This document shows positions 32,811 to 42,474 of a stretch of DNA of 64,000 bases, in pieces. Source of the DNA: Ignavibacteriota bacterium (GTDB taxonomy: Bacteria; Bacteroidota; Ignavibacteria; UBA10030; CAVZMI01); NCBI GenBank assembly GCA_963776275.1, contig CAVZMI010000023.1, forward strand, positions 160,001 to 224,000. The letters run 5' to 3'. The position numbers and the translations under genes were made by a program. The notes below the pieces were generated by a model, which did not search any database, was not told the origin of the DNA, and saw nothing but the letters and a program-made list of their open reading frames with translations. Within the stretch, counting starts at the first letter, position 1, and every line of letters begins with the position of its first letter.

Positions 32811-33056
32811 AGCGCCGTAAGCGCGACATGTTAATAGAAAAGCTATCGAAAAACGAAACGAGCCCCATGGGATATACAAATCATAAAGGCGGCATATGTA
32901 ACCTGTTTTCGTTCTATGTAATATAAGGGCTGCGAGATAATAAACAGGCGCCGTCCTGTCCGCCGGAACGTAGTGTAGGCGGAAGGCGCGACATGTTTAT
33001 AGAAAAACCGCCAATGAAACGGTACGAGCCCCCATGGGGGCGGCATGTTGAGATTT
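32811..33056 (+). repeat. Left REP-like palindrome cluster of the REPtron
   Basis: agcgccgtaagcgcgacatgttaatagaaa (32811); gagccccatggg..ggcggcat (32860); gcgccgt..aggcgcgacatgtttatagaaaaaccgccaatgaaacggtacgagccccatgggggcggcatgttgagatt (32948-33056). Confidence 0.8.
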
Positions 33057-33120
33057 ATTAAAGAAATAATTCGCCTGATATATTTTTTTAACTCCAATCA
33101 ATATTTTCATTATTCATGTC

Positions 33121-33588
33121 ATGGCAAACACATTTTCGAAAATCTATTTTCATGTTATATTTTCTGTCCAGAATCGCTTGAATCTCATGTCCCCGGGGGT
33201 CCGTGAAGAAATACAAAAATATATATCCGGGATAGTCACAAATAAAAACCAGAAATTAATATCAATATGTTGCATGCCTGATCATACCCATATTCTACTT
33301 GGATTAAAACCGGATATTTCTGTCTCGACAATTGTAAGAGATATTAAGGCGAATTCTTCCCGCTTTATTAATGAATGTAGATTGGTGAAAGATCGATTTA
33401 ATTGGCAGGAGGGATTCGGTGTATTTTCGTGCGGCGAAGGAGATCTTGATTGGATTATTCATTACATCATGAATCAAGAATTCCATCATAAGAAGAAGAA
33501 TTTTAAAGAAGAATATATTGCGATACTACAGGAATACAATGTTGCGTATAATGAAGAATATCTTTTTAAATGGATCGCGATAGATTGA
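33121..33588 (+). mobile_element. tnpA: IS200-like Y1 HUH transposase, probably REP-associated (RAYT/TnpA-REP)
   Basis: PDHTHIL (HUH), KANSS, WQEGFG, YIMNQ catalytic Tyr; no tnpB; flanked by REP-like repeats. Confidence 0.88.
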
Positions 33589-33602
33589 TTTATCCTTTTT
33601 CC

Positions 33603-33885
33603 ACATATCACCCCGACGGGGTTCATTCCTTTTTTTGTTATGCTTTTCTATAAACATATCACCCCTACGGGGTTTTTGAAATGTTGAATTTCGAGTTTTG
33701 TATTGTGAATACATGAGCGTTGTATGCACGTCATCGGTGAATAATAGTCGGATTGTTAATGAGCGTCGTGGCGCTGAACGTTTCTAGAAAAGCTATTTTG
33801 TGAAAGAGCGCCGTAGGCGCGATATGTTTGTAGAAAAACCGCCAACGAAACGGTACGAGCCCCATGGGGGCGGCATGTTGAGATT
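33603..33885. repeat. Right REP-like palindrome cluster of the REPtron
   Basis: Inverted copies acatatcaccccgacggggtt (33603) and ctataaacatatcacccctacggggttt (33648); direct copy of the left doublet at 33808-33885. Confidence 0.8.
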
Positions 33886-33915
33886 CATCTGTTCGTCTCG
33901 AAGCTGTTAAGTCGA

Positions 33916-34413
33916 TTAGTGGATAAACCGCAGCCACAATTGAAGCGCAATATTCACATACATCCCTGCAAACACATCATCAAGCATTATTGCCCATCCG
34001 CCCGATTTACGTTGGCACCACCGTGCAGGCCAGGGCTTAATGATGTCGGAGATACGGAACAGGATAAATGCAGCCGCTGTGATCGTAAGCGATTTCGGAA
34101 GAAAAAGCAGCGATACCCACATCCCGACTATTTCATCTATCACGACAATTCCCGGATCATGACTGCTTTGCTTTTCAACCAGATGGGCTCCGTATATGCC
34201 GATTGCAAAAGTAGCAACGATCGCAGACAGCATTACGGTGGTCACTTCAAATCCGGGGATTGCATAAAATATAAGTGCTACTAAAGTGCCGATGGTGCCG
34301 GGAATTAGGGGCGAATATCCCGCACCGAATCCGGTGCTGATAAATCGTAAGAGAAAGGGAACACTCTTAACATTCCGATCAATCTGATTCGGTGATTCGG
34401 GAACGGCTGACAT
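33916..34413 (-). CDS. pgpA: Phosphatidylglycerophosphatase A
   Basis: GYSPLIPGT, HDPGIVVIDEIVG, FRISDIIKPWP, MLDDVFAG. Confidence 0.93.
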   Translation of the reverse strand: MSAVPESPNQIDRNVKSVPFLLRFISTGFGAGYSPLIPGTIGTLVALIFYAIPGFEVTTVMLSAIVATFAIGIYGAHLVEKQSSHDPGIVVIDEIVGMWVSLLFLPKSLTITAAAFILFRISDIIKPWPARWCQRKSGGWAIMLDDVFAGMYVNIALQLWLRFIH

Positions 34414-35002
34414 AGAGATTCAGAATAGTCTTCCGGTTATCGATGATGTAGGTGATGCCCGTCCAGAGAGTTATGATCGTGATGATCAGCATTAAAATAT
34501 ACACAAGCGTCGGATTGAGAAGCATGTCGAACAATGGCTGGTGATCTGACCAGAATCCGGGAGTTGTTTTTGCCAGATACAAAATCAGGATATAATAGAT
34601 CAGTGTCATCTGGGCGAATGTTTTTACTTTTGCAAAATAAGTCGTTACAACCGTCTGATCTTTATACTCGGCAAGCGAACGGAGTAACGTAATGAGGATA
34701 TCCCTTATTACAATAATCCAGACCATCCAGTATTGTGCAAGGCCGAGTATGGCAAAAGCGAAAAACGCCGCTGATGTCAGTACTTTATCGGCGAGTGGAT
34801 CGAAGAATTTTCCCCATCGTGAAATATATCCCCATTTTCGTGCTACCCATCCGTCGTACCAATCTGTCAGTGATGCGATAGTAAAAGCCACAAAAGCCCA
34901 TTGTCGCAGTCGGTGATCCTGCGAGAAGAGCAGACTGACAAAGACGGGAGTAAGCAGTATCCGGAGCAGTGTCAGTTGATTTGGAAGGGAAATTGATATC
35001 AT
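34379..35002 (-). CDS. pgsA: CDP-diacylglycerol--glycerol-3-phosphate 3-phosphatidyltransferase
   Basis: LPNQLTLLR, DWYDGWVARK..GKFFDPLADK. Confidence 0.92.
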   Translation of the reverse strand: MISISLPNQLTLLRILLTPVFVSLLFSQDHRLRQWAFVAFTIASLTDWYDGWVARKWGYISRWGKFFDPLADKVLTSAAFFAFAILGLAQYWMVWIIVIRDILITLLRSLAEYKDQTVVTTYFAKVKTFAQMTLIYYILILYLAKTTPGFWSDHQPLFDMLLNPTLVYILMLIITIITLWTGITYIIDNRKTILNLYVSRSRITESD

Positions 35003-35081
35003 GAGCTTAATTTAATAGAATTCCCTTCTTTTGCAAGGCGGGGGGGGGAGGCGGATTTGGCAGTTTTTAATACTTTTTTAT

Positions 35082-35290
35082 GTGGTCTCGATATGGCATA
35101 ATAAACAGCGGTTTTACTCGACCACCTGGCTATTGATACTGAGTAACAAATTCAATAGCCAGGTCACCGAGTTATCAAGCCATATCGACATCCATATCGA
35201 GGTGACCTTTCATAGATCATCGGTATAACATCGTGGTCTCGATACGTCCTGTTCCGCTACCGCGGAACAGGACTACTCGACCACCTGGCT
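35082..35290. repeat. Three REP-like hairpin units arranged forward-reverse-forward
   Basis: gtggt-ctcgata..tactcg-accac-ctggct at 35082-35131 and 35233-35290; inverted variant gtcac-ctcgata..aactcg-gtgac-ctggct at 35157-35206. Confidence 0.8.
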
Positions 35291-35361
35291 GTCGAAACAG
35301 CCCCTAAACATTTATCATTCACAATTGAGACCAGCCGATTCCTTGAGCGGAACGCAGAAAT

Positions 35362-35395
35362 AAAAAACCCCGATCCGCAGAGCGGAACGGGGTCT
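35362..35395 (-). terminator. Terminator after rpmB
   Basis: + strand aaaaaaccccg-a-tccgc-aga-gcgga-a-cggggt gives a hairpin plus T tract on the minus strand. Confidence 0.75.
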
Positions 35396-35415
35396 TAAAT
35401 ATACATAAAGACTCT

Positions 35416-35607
35416 TTATGCAGCTTTCATAACCTTACCCGATTTAATGCAATTTGCACAAACGGTAATCCGCATGGTTTTCGAGCCGACTTTTGCGCGG
35501 ACGCTCTGGAGATTCGGCTCCCACCGCCGCCGTGTCCGGTTATGGGCATGACTGATATTGTTGCCGCTTGTCGGCTTTTTACCGCAAATTGCACATACTT
35601 TTGCCAT
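35416..35607 (-). CDS. rpmB: 50S ribosomal protein L28
   Basis: [30 protein letters not shown]. Confidence 0.97.
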   Translation of the reverse strand: MAKVCAICGKKPTSGNNISHAHNRTRRRWEPNLQSVRAKVGSKTMRITVCANCIKSGKVMKAA

Positions 35608-35713
35608 TTCGAATTCCTGACCTTTCTGTTATTAGATGAAAAATCTTCATTTAAGATAGCGAATTTAAAGAAGAGAGGCAAGGAGAATGTAAATGTAAAT
35701 ATATCTTTTCAAC

Positions 35714-35772
35714 ACAACCTCTAACCTTCAACCGCCCAACCTTTAACCTTCAACCTCCCAACCTTCAACCTT
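35714..35772. repeat. Degenerate heptamer tandem array (caacctt-like)
   Basis: caacctctaaccttcaaccgcccaacctttaaccttcaacctcccaaccttcaacc. Confidence 0.75.
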
Positions 35773-35776
35773 TTTT

Positions 35777-37234
35777 TCACCAGTTCTTCAACTTCGGCCA
35801 GAGTTCATGAAGCCCAACTTTAGGTTTACGGCAGATTGCCACATAAAATTGCTGTTCCCAGGGATTAACATTTTTCAGCGTAGTCTGAGATGCAACTATA
35901 ACGTCGTCGAACATCGTCTTCAACCTCTCAATGGGCGCATCGGCCACAATAACCGTTGTGATCGGCTTTTGCGGAAATCCCCACAGGTAATATGTCATGT
36001 GTCCTGAAACTGCTTTTGGTAGTCCGTACTCGCCGCCAAAATAATTAATCGCTCCAGTGGGGCCGTACCAGCTCCCAAAGATTAAAGTGCTGTCACATTC
36101 TATGGGTGAAAGCGTATGATAGACTTTCGCGACGGCTTCTACGCGTTCTTTCCATCCAAATTGTCCGTGGAGATCGCCTGTTATCTCATAGACATTTTCA
36201 AACGAACCGAACGATAATACTTTACAATATCGATCCATGGCATCGATGGAAGTAATTGGGAGTAAGATAGGGGCAAAAAGTATCAATGCTAGAATCATCG
36301 TACCGGCGATGACAGGTTTAAGGCGGGGCCAATTCTTGCGAATGATAAATTGTTCAAGTGCAGCGCCGCCACCGGCTAATACGGCAGGATATGCAGGAGC
36401 AAGGTAATAGATTTTACTCTTGATAAGCATCAGGAGAACAAAAAGAGAAATATAGACCCATCCGAAAATGCGGTATGGCTTTCCGGCTTTTGAGAAAAAG
36501 AAAACGAGTCCTCCGATCCATATCGGAGCTGTAACCGGATTGAGATAGAGAATTTGTCCGAGAATGAATTGAAAGATGGAGATTCTGCTCATAGTATGCC
36601 GGTTGAGATTACGGAGGAATTCCACTGTGGGCCAGTCGTTGGCAATCTGCAATAGAATATTCGGGAGAAAAATACATAGGGCGATCGCCCCGGCAAGATA
36701 CGGCCAGCGTGTTCGAAGGTGGTTTCTTAATGGAGTCAGAAGTATTCCGATCCCCAAGCCAAAAATTAAAAGCAGCGTCGAATGCTTAATCATCAGTCCG
36801 ATACCGATCAATACTCCTATCCAGATCCACAACCGGAGATTATTTTCCTGTATGATCCGGACGACGAAATATGCACATGAAACCCAGATAATGGGTTCGA
36901 AGACCGGAATGCAGAGCATGATACTCGAGCGGATAAAATTCGGCGCTATCAACATTGAGAAACAGGCTGCAAAGACTGCGAACTTGCGGCCGCCCAGTCG
37001 TTGGACGAGAAGTCCTGTAATGAATATCGCCGCGGTTCCGGCGAGGACTGCAAATATGCGTAAACCGAACAACGATTGTCCGAAAAGGAAATCTGCCAGA
37101 CGGGCAATCCAGGGGACTATCGGTGATTGGTCGACATAACCGAAGGATAAATGATGCCCGCAGTCGAGAAAATACAATTCATCGTGGTGGTAGCCGTACC
37201 GTGCAAGGAAGGGGAGGTGCATCAATATTTTCAA
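35777..37234 (-). CDS. GT39/PMT-2 (ArnT-like) membrane glycosyltransferase, N-terminus apparently truncated
   Basis: YGYHHDELYF..GYVDQSP, PNILLQIANDWP, KIYYLAPAYP; no SD, begins immediately after an in-frame TGA. Confidence 0.82.
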   Translation of the reverse strand: MKILMHLPFLARYGYHHDELYFLDCGHHLSFGYVDQSPIVPWIARLADFLFGQSLFGLRIFAVLAGTAAIFITGLLVQRLGGRKFAVFAACFSMLIAPNFIRSSIMLCIPVFEPIIWVSCAYFVVRIIQENNLRLWIWIGVLIGIGLMIKHSTLLLIFGLGIGILLTPLRNHLRTRWPYLAGAIALCIFLPNILLQIANDWPTVEFLRNLNRHTMSRISIFQFILGQILYLNPVTAPIWIGGLVFFFSKAGKPYRIFGWVYISLFVLLMLIKSKIYYLAPAYPAVLAGGGAALEQFIIRKNWPRLKPVIAGTMILALILFAPILLPITSIDAMDRYCKVLSFGSFENVYEITGDLHGQFGWKERVEAVAKVYHTLSPIECDSTLIFGSWYGPTGAINYFGGEYGLPKAVSGHMTYYLWGFPQKPITTVIVADAPIERLKTMFDDVIVASQTTLKNVNPWEQQFYVAICRKPKVGLHELWPKLKNW

Positions 37235-37531
37235 TCAGCATCGCATGCTGAGATAGCTTTCAGAGGCCGGACTTATGAGCGTGACATAGGCGTGGGGGAC
37301 GATACATCCACCGGAAATGAATACCGAACGGTTTCCTCCAGAAGGGGGTACGTCGTCCCTGAATTCCATATCTCCCTGCCAACCAGATGTGTCGGCCGGC
37401 GACTCGAAAGAATAAAAATAGATCTGCTCTTCATTGTTTTGTTCCGAAGCAGCCTCATTATTTTTTTTACACCCCGTGAGAGGAACAGCGATGATTAGAA
37501 AGAGCCATGGAGTTGTCATGAATGATTTCAA
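37235..37531 (-). pseudogene. Lipoprotein gene, apparently 3'-truncated and abutting the GT39 gene in frame
   Basis: Lipobox PLTGC, SD ggagatggag; ends abruptly at ..SMRC-TGA, then TTG AAA ATA of GT39 in the same frame. Confidence 0.5.
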
Positions 37532-37573
37532 TCTCCATCTCCTTGATATAATATTTTTCCCATTGCAGGAGCC

Positions 37574-37951
37574 CTAGTCGATTATTTCCAGTCCTGCATC
37601 CTGCAACGCGTGAATTGCCTGATCGAGCGCTTCCTTTTTCACCAGAATAAAATCGGTTTCATAGGTCGACACCGTGAAAAGGGACACTCCGGCATTGGCT
37701 AGAATCCCTGTTATTCTCGAGATGACACCCACAAGTGAAAAATCCAGAGGACCGATTATTTTTAAAATTCGCCAACCCCTTTCCTGCTTTATCTCGGCGG
37801 GGACATATTTCTCCTGACATACGATCGAGAGTTCATCCGGAGTATATGTCATACTGGCGAAACCGTGCGAGGCATGCACCCACGGAGGGATTGGAGAATC
37901 ATGATCGAGTTTACAGATTGCATATGTATTCTTCATTACCGTCAATTGCAT
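37574..37951 (-). CDS. ACT-domain protein (CASTOR/ACT_7-like)
   Basis: TPDELSIVC, GWRILKIIGPLDFSLVG, STYETDFILVK. Confidence 0.88.
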   Translation of the reverse strand: MQLTVMKNTYAICKLDHDSPIPPWVHASHGFASMTYTPDELSIVCQEKYVPAEIKQERGWRILKIIGPLDFSLVGVISRITGILANAGVSLFTVSTYETDFILVKKEALDQAIHALQDAGLEIID

Positions 37952-38157
37952 TATCCAACTCCTCTCTATAGGCTGTGAAGATTTGTCATTTGTGTTATAG
38001 TCGTGGAAAAGTTTGCTCCATGGATTTTCAATGAAATAATGCAGGAATAAATACTCGAATGCAATTGTAAGAGTCAGCCATGTGCGATATGCACGTGGAG
38101 ATGATTTGTTGAACCTGGTGAGAATATAATTGAATTGCAGTTAACATGCAAAAGATA

Positions 38158-38436
38158 AGAAAAAAGTAAAAAGGAAAAAGTGAAAAGTTTACCCCGTCTG
38201 GACCCTGAGCATGCCGAAGAGTATCGAGGGGTACCACTTCATGAAGCCTGCCGGCTTATCTTTAAGAGCCGGAGACCGTAAGCTTACGTGCTTTTTAGTG
38301 TCATACGTTCTCCGATGGGACTAGTGGGGTTGGCGGAAAAACGGATGAACCTCAGGCTCAAAGGGCGAAAAGTTGGAAAATTTGCTTTTCAAAGCTCTTT
38401 AATACTTTTTCCTTTTTAATTTTTACTTTTTACTTA
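38158..38436. repeat. Intergenic repeat mosaic: inverted heptamer tracts enclosing REP-like remnants
   Basis: aaaaagtaaaaaggaaaaagtgaaaag (about 38160) vs ctttttcctttttaatttttactttttactt (about 38405); accctgagcatgccgaagagtatcgaggggt; tagtggggttggcggaa..gatgaa shared with 32774. Confidence 0.55.
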
Positions 38437-38717
38437 ATCGATAGCCATCGAGATCTGATGTGACTCTTTTATCTTGAATTCTCATTAGGATTTAACACAA
38501 TATATCCGTATCTTATACAAGTCGCAAACAGCGGCGCCCGCATCCGTGCGTTACCAGCATCGGAAGCGGATATTTGAGACTCGCTCTCTGATGTCAATAA
38601 GCTAAGGTACTGCACGGAGTTTTGTACGCTCAGTTGTACACTTCCCGTACTTTCTCATCTTCGGCAAATTACCATCCTGCGTAGCGTGTTTTTTACAGTT
38701 CTAATAAAGGATTTATT

Positions 38718-40121
38718 ATGCCATTTTCAAAACTTGATCTTTCCGATCAACTCGTGCAGGGTATTCTTGCAACAGGCTATACTGCACCCACCGCAATTCA
38801 ATCGCAGGCTATTCCGCTGGCCGTTACCGGCCGGGATATTATCGGCGTTGCTAAGACGGGTACCGGAAAGACCGCCGCATTCATTTTGCCGATGCTCAAC
38901 CATCTGACAAAACAGGGTACGCATCACACAACCCATCATGCGCGCGCGCTTGTCCTTACACCGACACGCGAGCTTGCTCTGCAGGCTGAAGAATTTATTA
39001 CCACGTACGGCCGGTTCACGAACATTCAGAGCCTCACAATCATCGGTGGAGCCAGTATGGACAACCAGGTGAAACGGCTCCGGCACGGCGTCGACATTAT
39101 CATCGCAACCCCGGGACGTTTAAACGATCATCTCAATCGGCATACGGCAGACCTCTCGAAGATCGAAATTCTTGTACTCGACGAGGCCGATCGCATGTTC
39201 GATATGGGATTCATAAATGACGTTCGAGAAAATCATCGCCCGTATGCCGGTGAAGCGGCAAACGCTGTTGTTCTCTGCGACTATGTCGAAAGAAGTGAAA
39301 GCGTTGACTGCGTCCATTCAAAAGAATCCATCGTTGATCGAAATCGGCGAGCAGCGACGGCCTGTAGAAACCGTTGCGCAAGCGTTTTATACCGTACCCC
39401 AGGAGATGAAAATAGAGTTGCTCCTTCACTTGCTCGGTTCGGAGGACTATCGATAGCGCGCTCGTTTTTTCGCGGACAAAGCACGGAGCCGACAAGATCA
39501 CGCGCACGGCTTGAGAGAAACGGCGTCCAATCCGTCGCCATCCATTCCAACCGCACACAGGCGCAGCGTCAACGTGCTCTGGCGGGATTCAAGCAGGGAC
39601 ACTATAAAGTTCTTGTTGCCACAGACATTGCCGCACGCGGAATCGACGTTGAGGGAATTTCGCACGTAATTAATTATGACACGCCGACCTTTGCCGAGGA
39701 TTATATCCACCGTATAGGCCGCACCGGACGTGCAACCGCTAACGGAGACGCAATCACGTTTGTGTCGGCAGCAGAGCAAAAGTTTGTGAAAAGTATTGAG
39801 AAGTACGTCGGTAGGCGGTATGATGTTAAACGCTACGAGGGATTCGATTACACGAAAAAAGAATCTCTCGTCGCAGAGACTAAAACCATGCAGCATGACA
39901 CTCCACACCACAGGCATGCGAATCCGTCCGGTTCAAAGCATCAGGGACACGATGGGAGCGAACGGAACAGAAAACCACGCCGGTATACGGCTCATCCCTT
40001 GAAGAAGAAAAAATCATACAGTCCAAAAGAATCATTTGGAAAGAAGGAATCGTTTGAGAGAAAGGAATCGATAGAATCCCGTGAACGCAGCTGGCGGAAA
40101 TTATTCCGGCGCGAGAAATAA
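38718..40121 (+). CDS. rhlE: DEAD-box RNA helicase (RhlE-like) with compensating frameshifts at about 39228-39505
   Basis: Q motif PTAIQ, AKTGTGKT, PTREL, TPGRL, LDEADRM, ATDIAARGID, HRIGRTGR; motif III (LLFSATM) lies in the 39217-39456 frame. Confidence 0.88.
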   Translation: MPFSKLDLSDQLVQGILATGYTAPTAIQSQAIPLAVTGRDIIGVAKTGTGKTAAFILPMLNHLTKQGTHHTTHHARALVLTPTRELALQAEEFITTYGRFTNIQSLTIIGGASMDNQVKRLRHGVDIIIATPGRLNDHLNRHTADLSKIEILVLDEADRMFDMGFINDVRENHRPYAGEAANAVVLCDYVERSESVDCVHSKESIVDRNRRAATACRNRCASVLYRTPGDENRVAPSLARFGGLSIARSFFRGQSTEPTRSRARLERNGVQSVAIHSNRTQAQRQRALAGFKQGHYKVLVATDIAARGIDVEGISHVINYDTPTFAEDYIHRIGRTGRATANGDAITFVSAAEQKFVKSIEKYVGRRYDVKRYEGFDYTKKESLVAETKTMQHDTPHHRHANPSGSKHQGHDGSERNRKPRRYTAHPLKKKKSYSPKESFGKKESFERKESIESRERSWRKLFRREK

Positions 40122-40341
40122 AAAGTTCTTAGGGAATTGCTAAAGGCGCGGACTCCCGGGTCATATTAAAAAGGTGAAGCTCTGCTCCATATCTTTTTAA
40201 AAAGCGATCGGGAACCGAGCTCCTTTGAATCGATGTTTTATGGACTCGTCCAACAGGAGTATTGACAGTTAAGATACATTTGTAAAGGATTTGTCGATTG
40301 CGAACCAATCAATTTTGCGAGATAGTGCGGCAGCGAAAAGA

Positions 40342-41972
40342 TCAGCGAGTATATTCCCCGATCTGACAGACAGTTTTTGGAAGAGAAGATGAGAAGGCGT
40401 TGAGGTTCACCTGTAAATTGGCCGCCTCGGTTAGATTAACCGCATAGAACGTAACAATCTCATCGCCGCAAACAAAATTTTTTGAAATTTTCCATTCACC
40501 CACATGAATCCACTGAGAAGGTAGGATGCTTACTCCATGGCGGCTGAACCAACTATCATAGAGTATTGCAATCCTGATATTCTTTGATCTCGTAACACTT
40601 TCTATTTGTTCTCTATTGTAAAAACCGTTCCTTTTTTTCAGATCTATATCGGCATTCCCGATTCCCCACAAATCGAGACAACGAATGTCCGCCAGATAGT
40701 TGATAGCCCCAATATCATTTGCGGCAACAGCAGCGTCCTGATAATAGCTGCCGTAGGAAAATTCCCATCTGGTATTGTTGTTCAAAAATGTTTTTTGTCG
40801 CCCGAGGTATCCGGCGTCGTTGATCCTATTCCTCTCCTGGCGAGCGGGAAAAGAGCGAGAAGGCCCAGAAGTAATGATAGCTGAGAATTTCATGGCGTAA
40901 TAATCCCTTGATATTTATTTTCTTTACCTCGCATGTAAATGAATTCGAAGAATGGAATACTAACGACAAAAACACCAAGGGCAACAAGATATGACTCATA
41001 TCGGTAAAACCAGCCGGTTTTAGCAAATTGCATATGGAAAACGCATGTGGCGAAAAATATTATCATCATTATCCGGTTCTCTTCCCAGAATCCCTTTTTG
41101 AACCGGAGTACGAAGAGAATAATCGACATAATCATCAGAGAAAGAATGTGAGGCGCTCCAAGGAGTTGATGAATTGAGATCCCGAGAAATTCTTTCATAC
41201 CGGCGAGAGAAGTAAAATCCGGAATATGACCTTTTAAAAGAACCGAATTCGGCAGCCAGAACCACCCATGAGAGATCGAGATAATTCCATAAATCCCGAT
41301 CGGTATGATCGCAATTGCCCCCAACAAAAGAGAATACAACCATCGGTTACGGAAGAGGTAAAGAACGCACACAACGAAAACGACGAACAATCCCTCATAT
41401 CGGGTAAGAACAACAATCGGCGCCAGTATCAAGGGCGACACAAAACCTGTTACCGAGCTACCGTGGTGAATATTCGAAGAAAGTGTTTTTGCAGAAACGT
41501 ATACAAAAAGAATAGTAAGAAGCGCATGGAGAATGTGTTCCTGTCCTGTAAAAAGAAGAGCAGGGAAGGGGGTGAAGAGAATAATTCCCATTAGGACAAG
41601 GAATACATACGATTGCGGAAGAGCGTACTTTCTTAATAGTAGAAAGACTGAAAAAAGTGCCGCGACGGCGATCGCGACAGTCAGTATAAACGGACCGATT
41701 TCATTGACTCCAAATGCTAGGTACATTCCCGAGAGGAGCAGTGTCCATAGCAACGAAGAGGACGAAGAACTGAACTCATGCCTTGTTACTCCCCATACTC
41801 CATGCTGGGCGAAGTTCTTGGCCATGGCCATGTGTATGTAGGGATCGTCGAGCGCGTAGATGAGATGGCCCTGATTTTGGTTCATGGATATCCATGAAAG
41901 GATCAGGACTGTTATGAATAGTACTGCTGTTGCGATGATGAACGACCAGGATTTATAAAAGGTGCTTTTCAT
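40342..41972 (-). CDS. Polytopic membrane protein, GT-C-like, multiply frameshifted at about 40750-40900
   Basis: LDDPYIHMAMAKN, SSSS.LWT, GQEHILH, TRYEG, GWFYRYE, then ..QYQMG..VAANDIGA..DLWGIG in other frames. Confidence 0.65.
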
Positions 41973-41979
41973 CGATTCT

Positions 41980-42429
41980 CTATTTATAAACACCGCAACA
42001 GAAGATGATGCCGTCTACTTTCTTGAAATAAGTTGTTTTATCTTCCACTTTTTCGGTTTTTGGATTTTTGTACTTATAATCAACCCATCCTGTTCCGGAT
42101 GCTTTTGCTTTTTGGACGATCTCTTTTCTAAAATACTTCCCGGCATCGTCAGGAACATCGATAAGATTTTTTCCTATCAACGATTTATTCACCGGATGCG
42201 CAAGCATCACGCCTTCTTTGCTGTACGCAAAGACATACAGTTCATCTTTTTTAAATCTGCCAGCGGTGATTGCTTCGAGGGTTTTTCCCCTGCCGTTGGC
42301 TTTATAGAATTGAATAGCCTTTCGTACCATCGCCTTCGCCTCATCTCTTTTTGAGGCTGCAGACATTGTATTTTCTATGCCGAAAATAGCGATGAGTGCG
42401 AGTATGGATACGACAAAAATTCTTTTCAT
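41980..42429 (-). CDS. Secreted single-Cache-domain protein
   Basis: Signal peptide, ELYVFAY..LAHP..IGKNL..D..GK..GWVDYKYKNP..KTTY..CGVYK. Confidence 0.85.
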   Translation of the reverse strand: MKRIFVVSILALIAIFGIENTMSAASKRDEAKAMVRKAIQFYKANGRGKTLEAITAGRFKKDELYVFAYSKEGVMLAHPVNKSLIGKNLIDVPDDAGKYFRKEIVQKAKASGTGWVDYKYKNPKTEKVEDKTTYFKKVDGIIFCCGVYK

Positions 42430-42474
42430 AATGGTTCTCCTTTGATGATATAAAAATGTTCTCACATGGCCAAG

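Noticed and set aside
33121-33588. IS605/IS607 element with TnpB or IscB RNA-guided nuclease
   Set aside because: No tnpB or iscB ORF is adjacent; the flanks are REP-like clusters.
32843-33937. Small ORFs 32843-33097, 33526-33729 and 33731-33937 sharing peptide motifs
   Set aside because: The similarity comes from translated REP repeats; no SD or coding features.
37235-37237. Selenocysteine readthrough at the in-frame TGA
   Set aside because: No SECIS-like hairpin downstream, the two halves are unrelated families, and there are no sel genes in the window.
39230-39505. Novel insertion domain in the DEAD-box helicase (ENHRPYAGE..)
   Set aside because: Out-of-frame translation; the canonical motif III and following sequence are in the alternative frames.
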